Virus record (IMG/VR): IMGVR_UViG_3300037483_000229
Coordinates: 1-44,712 of that record
Origin: a virus
Lineage: Duplodnaviria; Caudoviricetes
DNA length: 44,712 bases
Reading direction: 5' to 3' (one strand)
This document shows, one piece after another, positions 25,919 through 35,176 of the stretch. Position 1 is the stretch's first letter. The number at the start of each line of letters is the position of its first letter. The position numbers and the translations under genes were made by a program. Under the pieces are notes generated by a model that ran no database searches, was not told the DNA's origin, and saw only the letters and a program-made list of their open reading frames with translations.

Positions 25919-26013
25919 GCGACTACAGCCTACAGCGTTTTCCTATCCGCCATCGTGAATTAAACCTTGCTGTTCTCATTCCCCATCCTCCCCCCTGTTA
26001 GGAGGGAGAGGGG

Positions 26014-26421
26014 TTACAGCGGCGGATCGGGGACGTACTGCAAGCCTTCGCTCGCCAGCACAGCCGCGACGTGATCGACCGGCTCAATAACACCCGCCGC
26101 CGAATAGACATGAAACACCGCACCATCCGAGGCCGTCATTGCGTTAGCTGCCGAGATGACACCATTCTCGCCCCATACCGTGCCTTCCGGCAGCGGCGGC
26201 AAGTTGCCCGCAGTCATCTCCTGATAGATCGCCACGTCGCTGTCGGTCGCGCCGACATAGCTCATCAGCCAGTGCGTCGGCGGGGTCGCATCGGTCGCGC
26301 CCGGATCGATGGCGCAGCACTTGCGGGTGAAGGTTTCCGGCCCCATGCCCATCGCGGCAAAGGTCAGGTTGAGGTTGGTCTTTTGCGCGTCGGTGACGAT
26401 GCAGACACATGGGAGGTTCAT
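26014..26421 (-). CDS. hypothetical virion-associated protein
   Basis: AAGGAG RBS; in the late operon after a fibre-like gene. Confidence 0.7.
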   Translation of the reverse strand: MNLPCVCIVTDAQKTNLNLTFAAMGMGPETFTRKCCAIDPGATDATPPTHWLMSYVGATDSDVAIYQEMTAGNLPPLPEGTVWGENGVISAANAMTASDGAVFHVYSAAGVIEPVDHVAAVLASEGLQYVPDPPL

Positions 26422-26431
26422 GGGTAGCTCC

Positions 26432-27562
26432 TTACGCTGCCAGCAGCGCGTTGCGGATTTGGTTGTAGCGGGAGAGGGTCAGGAACTCGCGGCCTGCGAC
26501 GAGGCGCTTGATGGAGCCGGCGAATACGGAGTCAGCCGTTCCACTTGCGTTTCTGGCACCGAGCCGAAAGGCCACGGTCGTGGTGGCGTTTCCACTCTGC
26601 GCTGCGGAATAGGACTGTGACTGATCGTCAAAAAGACGAACGCTAGAGCCATCAAATGATAATCCGACGACAACCTCAGCCCCACGACGATCTTGTGAGC
26701 CCTTGATAGTGCTTAATGTCTGTGTGCCGAGCGCGGCAGCGAATATGCCGTCCACCCCAAAGCCGACATAAATGCGATTGCTTGAAGCATCGATGGCACC
26801 AGCCATAATCTGAGTAACCGCAATACTCGCAGGCACCGTCACCAGCGCCACAATGAAGTTCGCACCACTCCCTGCCACATACGAGGTCAGATGATTGTCG
26901 TCGGAGCCATCGTACTTCGCGCCGGTCGTCTGCAATGTCGGCTTGAGCGTGCCGGTGGCTTGAATGGCGGGGATGCCGGGGACGAGTTTGACAGAAACAT
27001 TGTCGATAGTGCCAGTGAAGTTAGCGCCGCTGGCCTCAAAGCACAGGATGCCGCCCGTGGTTGCGACAACATACGCTGTAATAGTCCCCGAAGCACCAAG
27101 AGTGCCGGACCACATAATGGCCGCGCCATTGGTCGTAGAGTTGTTCGCTCGAATACCTATGCCAGCCGACATGGTATAATCGAACTGCAATCTATAAATT
27201 TTTCCGACTACCAGCCCTATATTTTGATAAGCCAACTGAGCGGCATTTGAACCGTTGAGTTTGCCACCTGAAATCGTGCCACTTTGTTTCGTCCATACCG
27301 TATCGCTGTCAAAACCGCCATTGGTGACAAGCTCACTCTGCCCCGCCAGCACTCCCGCCAGCGTACTCCCGCCCCACTGCCGTTGATCCAGTGCAAGCCC
27401 GATGGCCTCGCCGACATCATCCGCAAGCGTTGGCCCAACATTCTCCTGAAACAGCCGATCCGTCTTGGTGAAGTCGTAGTAGAGGCCGGCGGACTGGCGA
27501 CCCATAAACTGGTCAAGGGAAAAACCCCCACCAAACAATATCGGGTAAAGCGCCGGGCGCAT
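26432..27562 (-). CDS. putative structural / fibre protein with carbohydrate-binding and ConA-like domains
   Basis: ELVTNGGFDSDTVW..IDNVSVK (CBM-like) and KYDGSDD..LGAR..FAGSI (LamG-like) patterns. Confidence 0.65.
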   Translation of the reverse strand: MRPALYPILFGGGFSLDQFMGRQSAGLYYDFTKTDRLFQENVGPTLADDVGEAIGLALDQRQWGGSTLAGVLAGQSELVTNGGFDSDTVWTKQSGTISGGKLNGSNAAQLAYQNIGLVVGKIYRLQFDYTMSAGIGIRANNSTTNGAAIMWSGTLGASGTITAYVVATTGGILCFEASGANFTGTIDNVSVKLVPGIPAIQATGTLKPTLQTTGAKYDGSDDNHLTSYVAGSGANFIVALVTVPASIAVTQIMAGAIDASSNRIYVGFGVDGIFAAALGTQTLSTIKGSQDRRGAEVVVGLSFDGSSVRLFDDQSQSYSAAQSGNATTTVAFRLGARNASGTADSVFAGSIKRLVAGREFLTLSRYNQIRNALLAA

Positions 27563-28122
27563 TACAGCGCGACCGAATGCAGCGTGACAGTATGGGCAAC
27601 CGCAGCAGGCGTAAGCGTGGTCAGGTTGACCAGATAGCCGAACAGCGACGTGCCGGCGAGCTTGACCTGCTTGTTGACGCCGTTGACCTCGACATACTGG
27701 TTATCGACCAGATCGACCGCCGTGCCGAGATCGACAAAACCGAGGTATGACGCCAGATCGCCGGCCGGCAGAACAAAAGCCCCGTCATCAGCCACAGCAG
27801 ACGGCGGCGGAACGCTGAACAGATGAAGCCGCCAGGCCGTTGCTTCCGCCGTAGCACCAGCGATCAGCAACGAGGCGCTGGTAATCAGCACCCGGCCGGC
27901 TGACGGACCCATAAGCGCAAATTCAGCCGCCGCGCCGTTGCAGTCGCCAGCGACATGGGAAGCGGCGGCCGGAGTGAAGTCGGCCGAGTTAGAATATCCC
28001 TGACTGACGAGAGCCACGCTCCCCGAGCCGAGAAGCGATTGCAAAATGCCGCGCAGCAGGCTTTCTTGCGATGCCGTGATGTCGGTAGGATCGGTTGTGA
28101 CCGCTTCTTCGCCAAACGACAT
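27562..28122 (-). CDS. hypothetical structural protein
   Basis: AGGAGG RBS; downstream of a late promoter. Confidence 0.7.
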   Translation of the reverse strand: MSFGEEAVTTDPTDITASQESLLRGILQSLLGSGSVALVSQGYSNSADFTPAAASHVAGDCNGAAAEFALMGPSAGRVLITSASLLIAGATAEATAWRLHLFSVPPPSAVADDGAFVLPAGDLASYLGFVDLGTAVDLVDNQYVEVNGVNKQVKLAGTSLFGYLVNLTTLTPAAVAHTVTLHSVAL

Positions 28123-28139
28123 AGCAATGCCTCCTGATG

Positions 28140-28181
28140 TGAACGCGACGCTACGCGCGCTCAGGAAGCCAGCAACGCACC
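28140..28181 (-). promoter_or_regulatory. late promoter motif
   Basis: GGTGCGTTGCTG-N16-TAGCGT, then a short leader with AGGAGG. Confidence 0.7.
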
Positions 28182-28182
28182 T

Positions 28183-28635
28183 CTACCGCGTCTCGGTATT
28201 CAGATTGACCCGCAACACGATCTGGCTGCGCGGCGTGATCCGGGCCACCGCCTCGACCTCGACTCGCGCCCCCTCCATGTCCCCGGCCTCGACCATAAAG
28301 CCCGCCAGGTTGCGCCGCAGCCCGGCGCTCCATGGGTCGTCGGCCAGCGCCTCGCGGTGCGCCGCGATAGCGGACGGACCAGACCCCGCAAAGCGCCGCT
28401 CCGCGTAGAAATTGGCGACGCCCTGCCGGAACCAGCGGTCAAGCGGGAATACCGCGCGCGCCGTCCGCATGTGCTCGAGCGCCACCGCCTCGTTCGGCGA
28501 GTGCCAGCGGCCAACGGCGGTATGCCATTCGCCAACGAGCGACGTCGTCGCGTACAGCGCCCCGAGCGCCGCATAGATGCCCGGCAGCAAGAGCCGCCAC
28601 CGCGGCGGTGACCGGAAGATGAAGCGGGAATGCAA
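28183..28635 (-). CDS. TM plus TPR-like protein overlapping the ligase gene (start uncertain)
   Basis: AIAAHREALADDP..LRRNLAGF TPR-like helix pair. Confidence 0.55.
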   Translation of the reverse strand: MHSRFIFRSPPRWRLLLPGIYAALGALYATTSLVGEWHTAVGRWHSPNEAVALEHMRTARAVFPLDRWFRQGVANFYAERRFAGSGPSAIAAHREALADDPWSAGLRRNLAGFMVEAGDMEGARVEVEAVARITPRSQIVLRVNLNTETR

Positions 28636-29593
28636 AGCAGGCCTCCGTCATGAATGCGAGCAGGACCGCTCGCTCAATGGGTCGCGGCGCGCACAGCGCG
28701 GCGCCCAGCAGCGCTAGATAGACGGCCACGCCGGGTCCGAGGTCGAACAGCAGCTCCAGATAGTCGTTGTGGGCGTGCGCCGGCCGTGAAATCAGCAAAT
28801 CCTTGTAAAAGGCGTGTGCCGGGTATTCGGTGAAAAACGACCCGGCGCCATTCCCGAACAAGGTCAGGCCCGCCGCCGTGTCGCGCCAGATGTTGAAGCG
28901 GTCGCTAATCGACTGATCGCCGAGGTGCGCGATGCAATAGGCCAGTCCGGCGCCCACCAAGGCCAGCACCGTCAACCGCGAGCGCGGCCACAGCCATAGC
29001 GTCGCGGCAGCCAGCACCCCGGCCACGGCCGCGCGGCCGTTGGTGAGCAGCAAGGACGGCAGCACCGGCGGCACCAGCCACCAGACCCGGTAGCCGACCA
29101 GTCCGACCAGCGCCAAGGCCGCCGCTTCCGCCAAGTGGTTCTTGTTCGCAAATAGCCCTGCCGGCGAGGCATCGATCGTGAATACGCCCTGCCAGCCGTA
29201 CCATTGCGCAATGGCTACCGCGCTGTTGACCGCGATGCCGGCGCCAAGCCCGACAAACGCGGGCCGCAGCGACGATTGCCCGCCGCCGGCCACGAACAGC
29301 CCGGCGAGCAGCAGAAGCTTCCACAGCGCGTCCGCGCCGTCGTACAGGCTGGCCGTCCACAGCATCGACAGTGCCGCCCAGCCGAGCAGCAGCAGCCCGA
29401 GCAGATGGCCCAATGTACATTTAGGTACATTGCTGTACATGGCGACAGCCACCGGCACGGTCACCGACAGCAGCGCCCAGCGCGCCGCCGTGGCCGCGTT
29501 GAACGCGCCGGGCAGGAACGCCACCGCCAGCACAAAGAAAAACGCCCCCAGCCAGAAGCCGGGGGCGAGTGGTCGCGGGAGGAACCCTTTCAA
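28439..29593 (-). CDS. O-antigen ligase / O-oligosaccharyltransferase-like membrane protein (Wzy_C domain)
   Basis: Many TM segments; GLFANKN, DRFNIW..GNGAGSF and HAHNDYLE motifs. Confidence 0.85.
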   Translation of the reverse strand: MKGFLPRPLAPGFWLGAFFFVLAVAFLPGAFNAATAARWALLSVTVPVAVAMYSNVPKCTLGHLLGLLLLGWAALSMLWTASLYDGADALWKLLLLAGLFVAGGGQSSLRPAFVGLGAGIAVNSAVAIAQWYGWQGVFTIDASPAGLFANKNHLAEAAALALVGLVGYRVWWLVPPVLPSLLLTNGRAAVAGVLAAATLWLWPRSRLTVLALVGAGLAYCIAHLGDQSISDRFNIWRDTAAGLTLFGNGAGSFFTEYPAHAFYKDLLISRPAHAHNDYLELLFDLGPGVAVYLALLGAALCAPRPIERAVLLAFMTEACFAFPLHLPVTAAVAALAAGHLCGARGAVRDDVARWRMAYRRWPLALAERGGGARAHADGARGIPA

Positions 29594-29600
29594 GGAAGTG

Positions 29601-30155
29601 TCAGAAATAGCCGTAAAGAATGGTCACGTTCAGCCGCGAACTGCCGAAGCTGGCGGCCGAGATATACAGCGTCTGCGGCAGCGTCCGGCTGAAGGCCCGC
29701 GTGCTTTTGCTGTCATCTTCCGGGATCACGATCGAACTGGCCGAGACGTTGCTGGTCGCCAGCACGTCGGAGCCATTCGCCACGGTGCCGATACGCACGC
29801 CGGTTGGCGCGGCGCCGGAATCCTCCTCGACGATGATGTCCTGGATGAACGTCGAGGGCGGCAGAACGACCGTGCCGGCCGAGGTCAGCGCCTTCGCCAC
29901 CACGCTCTTGTACGGCGACTCGACGGCATAGCCGAGCGCGCTGAAATCGCCGAGATCGGCCGAGGAGATCAGGGCGCAACCGCGCGCATCGGTGCTGTAG
30001 ATGGTGCCGGACGTGCCGGCCGTGATCCGCGCGGGGCCGAGGGCGGCGCCGGAGCGGGACGGACTGCACACCTTGACGGTGTAGGCATCGGCCGGTCGGC
30101 TGTCGAAAGCCGCAAATGCGGCGACGAGGCCAAGGGCGATAAGGAGGCGCTTCAT
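29601..30155 (-). CDS. Ser/Thr-rich protein with Sec signal peptide
   Basis: MKRLLIALGLVAAFAAFDSRPADA signal; AAAGGA RBS. Confidence 0.75.
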   Translation of the reverse strand: MKRLLIALGLVAAFAAFDSRPADAYTVKVCSPSRSGAALGPARITAGTSGTIYSTDARGCALISSADLGDFSALGYAVESPYKSVVAKALTSAGTVVLPPSTFIQDIIVEEDSGAAPTGVRIGTVANGSDVLATSNVSASSIVIPEDDSKSTRAFSRTLPQTLYISAASFGSSRLNVTILYGYF

Positions 30156-30166
30156 GGTATTTCCTT

Positions 30167-30508
30167 TCAGTCCTCGTCTGGGATCAGTTCTTTGCGTCGC
30201 CGCTGTTCGGCCGCGATGACCGCATTTGCGGTTTCTGAATTGCACTTGACCGGCGCGCCCAACTGCACGGCGAGCTTGCGCCGCAACGGCCATTCCAGAT
30301 CGGCCCATTCCTCCGGGATAGGATATCCTTCCTTATCGGAAGGACGTTCCTTCGTGGCATTGGTATGAGGCGGATCGCCTTCGTCTGGCTTTGTCAGCGA
30401 GAAGCGGCTCGGCGCGCGCGCGATGGCCTCCTTGGCGCGCACCGCATACATATCGATCGGCGCGCCGTCTTTGGACTCTCGATCCCAAACCTTAACTGTT
30501 GCGGTCAT
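30167..30508 (-). CDS. hypothetical head-module protein
   Basis: GAGG RBS before ATG 30508. Confidence 0.65.
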   Translation of the reverse strand: MTATVKVWDRESKDGAPIDMYAVRAKEAIARAPSRFSLTKPDEGDPPHTNATKERPSDKEGYPIPEEWADLEWPLRRKLAVQLGAPVKCNSETANAVIAAEQRRRKELIPDED

Positions 30509-30515
30509 TCGCGCC

Positions 30516-30956
30516 TCATTTGCCCGGCAGCTTCGCGATGTAAGCATCGTAGTTGATGCCACTCGCGATAGCTCCGGTGACTTTATTGTAGAGCCGGACA
30601 TACGGGTAGACCGTGCCGTTCTGGTAGGTCGTGAACAGCATCTCGTAGCGCCCGACCGTCGAATCCTTCGCCGCGCCATCCCGGACCTCGGTGGCGCCAA
30701 AGTCCATCTGCGCGAGATTCTCGATTGTTCCGGCAGTGAAAGCCGCCACGGTCGAGCCCTGGAGGATGACACCGTATAACTCGTCGTCCGAGGCAATCTC
30801 CGCGGCGGTCACGTTCAACACCACCACGCCGTCGATGCGACCAGAGCCGAGCGTCACGACCTTGGCGGCGCCGCCAACGGTTGCGGCGCCATCAGCCGCG
30901 ACAAGTCCTGCGTCCTTGAGGATAAGATCAGCGTCAAAATCATACGTGCGGTGCAT
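30516..30956 (-). CDS. capsid decoration / cement protein
   Basis: 146-aa beta-rich protein directly after the major capsid gene. Confidence 0.6.
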   Translation of the reverse strand: MHRTYDFDADLILKDAGLVAADGAATVGGAAKVVTLGSGRIDGVVVLNVTAAEIASDDELYGVILQGSTVAAFTAGTIENLAQMDFGATEVRDGAAKDSTVGRYEMLFTTYQNGTVYPYVRLYNKVTGAIASGINYDAYIAKLPGK

Positions 30957-30967
30957 TGTTTTTCTCC

Positions 30968-31933
30968 TCAGGCCACGATTGCGGCGTTGGTCCAGCTATC
31001 GAGCCGGTGCATGCAGAACTCATGTTCATCGACAAGGCCGACGTCCCACGTCAAATGGTCGCGCAGCGTGATCCTGTCTTCGAGAAGTCCGACGTTCTCG
31101 ATGCTGAGCGGCGTGTGCTGGATGCCGTGTAGACCCATCTCGCCAAAACTGGCGACATAGAGCGACGTGGTCACAGCGTCACCGCCACCTGCGCCGACTT
31201 CGTTGAAGGAAATTGGTTGGGTGTGGCGGTCCTTGGGATAACCCCACAGGAAAGTCAGACCGTTATACATCGCCGGCACAGCACCGACGCCTTTGCCGGA
31301 GCCGTCTGCAAGCGTGAAGTCCTTCATCACGAAGCCGGTCAGAGTCGACGTGCGCGCGGCCTGCGCCCACAGCGGGCGCGAGTCATACGGCGCAATGATA
31401 TGGGTCGGGTTGTTGACCGCGTTGATTGCTTGATCGAGCTTAAGCAACGAAAGCGCCGCGCCGCCGGCGGCGGATGAGTTGTGGGTGACGCGGCTGGCCG
31501 ATCCGACGCTGCGAGAGCAGCGCACCTGCAGACCATCGAATTCACGCGGGTCACTGGCGTTCTCACCGGCCACGAATGCAGTAGCCCAAGTGCGGCCGGC
31601 GGCGGCAAGCAGCATCTTGCGATTCTGATCACGCCGCTGCTCGCCCTGACGCCGAATGATGCCGATGTCGATGTCGATGTCATGGTCCATCAGGAACGAG
31701 GCTTCCTGGAATGGATCGACTTTTCCGGCGCCGGTCGAGGAAGCTTCGTTGATGCCGCGGAATGCTGGCGTCGCCAGTTCGATGGAGCGCGTCCCCTCCC
31801 AGATCGGCCCGGTCATTCCAGCGATTGGGATCGCCGAGAAATAATCGGTTGACTGAGCGAACATCTCGATCATCGGTCGCTGAGCGCTGGCGCCCATGCC
31901 GTTGGCGTATTCGACGATGGTCTGCATGCCCAT
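30968..31933 (-). CDS. major capsid protein
   Basis: 321 aa, follows scaffold; AFRGINE and PREFDGL motifs; strong RBS. Confidence 0.85.
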   Translation of the reverse strand: MGMQTIVEYANGMGASAQRPMIEMFAQSTDYFSAIPIAGMTGPIWEGTRSIELATPAFRGINEASSTGAGKVDPFQEASFLMDHDIDIDIGIIRRQGEQRRDQNRKMLLAAAGRTWATAFVAGENASDPREFDGLQVRCSRSVGSASRVTHNSSAAGGAALSLLKLDQAINAVNNPTHIIAPYDSRPLWAQAARTSTLTGFVMKDFTLADGSGKGVGAVPAMYNGLTFLWGYPKDRHTQPISFNEVGAGGGDAVTTSLYVASFGEMGLHGIQHTPLSIENVGLLEDRITLRDHLTWDVGLVDEHEFCMHRLDSWTNAAIVA

Positions 31934-31952
31934 AATTCAGTCCTTCCTTAAA

Positions 31953-32765
31953 TCAATGCGTTGCCGGTTTTGGCGCGTGTTTCGACGCGTACTCAGCCCG
32001 GCCGGTTGAGCCTGGGGGGCCGGATTTCTGATAAGCATCCTCGTCCCATGCGCCGTTCTGCGGCTCGCGATGGCTCTGCGAGTAACTGCCGCCGCCCTGC
32101 GACGAAAACTGCTTGACCAAATCCTCCATCGCTTCGATGTCGGTCGACAGCATCAGGCGGTCCATCAGAGCGGTGCCGCGGTCGGCGCCGAGCTTCGATG
32201 TCAGAAAGCGGGAAATGGCGTCGACCCGCGCCGGCGCGTTGGCGCCGAGCTTTTCCTGCTCGGCCTGACGCGCGGAATTGATCTGCTGCATCTCGCCGAT
32301 TTCGTATTGCGCGTGGATCGAGAGCAGTTCGGAGAAGCCGGCCTGATCGAGCCCGGTCTTGTGCGCAAAGGCGCGCACCGGGCCGAGGCGCGGGTCGCTT
32401 TCGTCGAACTGGAACGGCACAGGCTTGCCGTCGGGACCCTTCGGCAGTTCGAAGGTCTGCGGCAGCGCGAGCTTGTATTCGTCGGGCTTGGCCGGAACGC
32501 CGGCGGATTTGAGATCGCGGGCGGCCTTGTCGGCGCGGAAATCGTTGATGTCCTTGGCGAGCGCGTCGTACTTCAAACCCTTGGCCGGGTCGAAATAGGA
32601 GTCGAAGGACTTGTCGGCGAATTCGGTCGGGCGCTGTGGCGCGCTATTTGTCTGCTGAAGGCTCGTCTGGTTCGACGCGCCGCTCGAGGCCGCGTCGCCG
32701 CTGGCCTGCTGCTGGCTCCCGCTTTGGGAGGCTGACGTGCTGTTCGTTACCGTCTCGTCGGTCAC
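31953..32765 (-). CDS. capsid scaffolding protein
   Basis: Low-complexity N-terminus, VPAKPDEYKL motif, helical; between portal and capsid genes. Confidence 0.75.
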   Translation of the reverse strand: MTDETVTNSTSASQSGSQQQASGDAASSGASNQTSLQQTNSAPQRPTEFADKSFDSYFDPAKGLKYDALAKDINDFRADKAARDLKSAGVPAKPDEYKLALPQTFELPKGPDGKPVPFQFDESDPRLGPVRAFAHKTGLDQAGFSELLSIHAQYEIGEMQQINSARQAEQEKLGANAPARVDAISRFLTSKLGADRGTALMDRLMLSTDIEAMEDLVKQFSSQGGGSYSQSHREPQNGAWDEDAYQKSGPPGSTGRAEYASKHAPKPATH

Positions 32766-32973
32766 TCGTAGGCTCCGCGTTGCCCTCGTCCATGAGGGCG
32801 ATCAATTCATGCGCGAACCTGCGTTCTCCGTTGTGAGCCAGCAACGCACCGGAATTTTCCGAGCCGACCACGGTCATCAACCGGCGCTGCAAAAACAGGC
32901 GAAACAGCTTGCCGTCGCTGGTTTTTCCGACGCGGCTGACCGCGTCCTTCAGGGTTTTTTCGTCCATGGTCAT
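32644..32973 (-). CDS. small head-module protein (BPP-1 Bbp19-like position)
   Basis: Coupled to the portal stop; LLAHNGERRFA motif. Confidence 0.6.
   Translation of the reverse strand: MTMDEKTLKDAVSRVGKTSDGKLFRLFLQRRLMTVVGSENSGALLAHNGERRFAHELIALMDEGNAEPTSDRRDGNEQHVSLPKREPAAGQRRRGLERRVEPDEPSADK
32810..32850 (-). promoter_or_regulatory. late promoter motif (scaffold/capsid)
   Basis: GGTGCGTTGCTG-N17-CAGGTT. Confidence 0.65.
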
Positions 32974-34574
32974 GCCCCCATCGGCGCAGCCGGCGCGCCT
33001 CCTTCAGGTGTCCCGCCGCCGCTCATGAGTTGAGCGATCAAGGCGACCGCCGCCTGCAAATCATCGTCATCTCGCATTTCGATCAAATTCGCCCGCGTCT
33101 TAGCGATGATGTTCACCATCGTCTTGCCGCCGTCGATGCGCGCCTTTGCTTCCTCGGGGAACATGCCCATGCAAATCTCAAGCGCCCGCACGGCCATCGC
33201 CACTTCCTGCTGCTCGGCGGCGCGCTGCGCCGGGTTGTACGGAGTCAGCGCCACCGTCTTGCCGTCGACCTTGACCGGCTCGATGATGCCGCGCTTCTCG
33301 AGCAGGTACTTGAACCGCAGGAAAATCTGCGCCGGGCCCTCGCGCCAGAACGGCATGCCGGGCGTGCCGATGCGGCGCTGCTTTTCCAGCATCTCGTCGA
33401 GCCATTGCGTCGCGGTCGGCGGCGTCTTGCCGCGCTGCTGCGGGAAGCCCAGGAAGTGCTTGCGCTTGATCCGGTCCTCGATCGCTGCCGTCTCGAACAA
33501 CGCGGCCTCGATGTTGCCGCCCTCAAAGATCGCCTTGACTGCGTTTTCCGAGCCGGGGCGAACCGGATAGGCCGAGCCCGGCTCGATGCCATTCTCCACC
33601 GCGGCGAAGCTGTCGTCGGGGTAAGCCGTCGGCGGGCGCAACGCCAATTCGATGTGGTCGATCTTGTCGGCTTCCAGCGTATCGAGCAGCCGGAAATCCT
33701 CTAGCGCCTCGATCAGCGGTCCGTTGCCGCACGCCCATTCCGGCGACGGGTTGAACCGGATCGGCACCAGCGGGCAACAGCCCTCGCCGACCAGCACCAC
33801 ATAATGCACCACGATCTTGTCGACCATGACGACGTGCTGCCACACAATATCGTCGCGGCGGTCCCACAAGCGCCAATAGCCCCAGCGCAGAGCGGTGCGC
33901 TCGGCCGGCTTTTCCTTGATCTTGGTTTTGACCGCTACCGGCACCTTGGCGAATATCTCGGTTCCGAGCAGCGCCTCGACGTGCCGGTTGCGCGTGTGCC
34001 GCACCACGAAGCGGTCGTCGATGTCGCCGAACGGGCCGACATTGCATTCCAGTTCGCGCAGCGGCACCGCCTGCACGACGATGTTTTCGGATGGCCGCAA
34101 GTCCTCGATCCAGATCGCCGTCAACCCGATCGGCAAGTCCGGCACGAACGCCATCGGCGCGACTTCATAGAAATTCGAGGCGCGGATCGCGGCAAAAATC
34201 ACCGGGTCCTGCTCATTCACCTTTTTCAGCGCCTCTTCCTGCACTTCTTTGGGCAGGAACATGCCCGGCTTGCGCTCGGCCCAGGGGTCGGCCTGCGGCA
34301 TGAAGGCGTCCATCACCTCGGTCACGAAATCGCGGGCGACTTCCGAGGCGATCGACGTGTTGCGCGTCGCGCTGTCGGTCGGTTTGGTTTCGCTCGGCGC
34401 CTGCCCGGATTTGACGTCGCGGGCGCGGTGCGGCGCGGCAAAATAATAGGCCTCGCGGATGTCGAGGTCGTATTCGGTTTTCTGTTTTTCGCAGGCTTCC
34501 AGCCGCTCCAGCGCCTCTTTCGTCAGAGCCTCGTTCGGCGGCGGCGGTGCTGATACTTCCGGCTTTTTTGCCAT
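32970..34574 (-). CDS. portal (head-to-tail connector, T7 gp8-like)
   Basis: ~535 aa; PPTATQW and GNGP motifs; downstream of terminase. Confidence 0.85.
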   Translation of the reverse strand: MAKKPEVSAPPPPNEALTKEALERLEACEKQKTEYDLDIREAYYFAAPHRARDVKSGQAPSETKPTDSATRNTSIASEVARDFVTEVMDAFMPQADPWAERKPGMFLPKEVQEEALKKVNEQDPVIFAAIRASNFYEVAPMAFVPDLPIGLTAIWIEDLRPSENIVVQAVPLRELECNVGPFGDIDDRFVVRHTRNRHVEALLGTEIFAKVPVAVKTKIKEKPAERTALRWGYWRLWDRRDDIVWQHVVMVDKIVVHYVVLVGEGCCPLVPIRFNPSPEWACGNGPLIEALEDFRLLDTLEADKIDHIELALRPPTAYPDDSFAAVENGIEPGSAYPVRPGSENAVKAIFEGGNIEAALFETAAIEDRIKRKHFLGFPQQRGKTPPTATQWLDEMLEKQRRIGTPGMPFWREGPAQIFLRFKYLLEKRGIIEPVKVDGKTVALTPYNPAQRAAEQQEVAMAVRALEICMGMFPEEAKARIDGGKTMVNIIAKTRANLIEMRDDDDLQAAVALIAQLMSGGGTPEGGAPAAPMGA

Positions 34575-34578
34575 TGCT

Positions 34579-34773
34579 TTAAGCCGCTCGGCCAAGGCGG
34601 CTGCCGAAGGCGGCGCGCCCGCCGTAGCGCAGCAACAGATCGTTGGTGCGCGCGCTCACGCGCTCCTGCAAAGCGGAGGCCTTGTCTTCCTCGGCCTGCT
34701 TCTTCACCGCTTCCATCGCGGGATCAGGCGGTAGAGGCTGTGGCTGGGGCGGTGATGGTGCGCTGATCTTCAT
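34579..34773 (-). CDS. small Pro-rich virion assembly protein preceding portal
   Basis: GGAGG RBS; PSPPQPQPLPP. Confidence 0.65.
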   Translation of the reverse strand: MKISAPSPPQPQPLPPDPAMEAVKKQAEEDKASALQERVSARTNDLLLRYGGRAAFGSRLGRAA

Positions 34774-35176
34774 CGAGCGATTTGCCTCCGAATTTAAGGC
34801 AGTCTCGCCACAAGCCGTCCGGCAGCAACGCACCCGACGGGACGCCAGTCAGCCGCTTCATCGCGCCGACGCAGTAAAAACCGGGCAGCGCCCGCATCCG
34901 CGAGCCGTTGTCGACCTGCACAAGATCGCATCCGTCGATCCAGGCACGGATCAGGTTGTCGGCGGTTTGCGACTGGTCCGGCGCCGCCCGGATCACCATG
35001 CCCTTGAGCGTCCAGTCGACGAACACCCACACGCCGTCAAGCGGCACATAGCCGAACGCGCGGACATGCTTGAAGCGGCCGGGGATCAGATACTTCAGCA
35101 GCGGCGTCGCCGGCGACGGATCGAAGCACAGCGTCCAGCGCTTCGGATAGCCGCGGTTGACCGTCAGTTCGATCAT
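34724..35176 (-). CDS. hypothetical protein
   Basis: ATGA coupling to the terminase stop. Confidence 0.65.
   Translation of the reverse strand: MIELTVNRGYPKRWTLCFDPSPATPLLKYLIPGRFKHVRAFGYVPLDGVWVFVDWTLKGMVIRAAPDQSQTADNLIRAWIDGCDLVQVDNGSRMRALPGFYCVGAMKRLTGVPSGALLPDGLWRDCLKFGGKSLDEDQRTITAPATASTA
34794..34834 (-). promoter_or_regulatory. late promoter motif (portal operon)
   Basis: GGTGCGTTGCTG-N16-GAGACT. Confidence 0.65.

Larger units (their letters stand above)
25242..26007. repeat. 15-bp direct repeat CCCTGTTAGGAGGGA (25242-25256 and 25993-26007) flanking the BTLCP moron
   Basis: Exact repeat read from the sequence. Confidence 0.8.
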
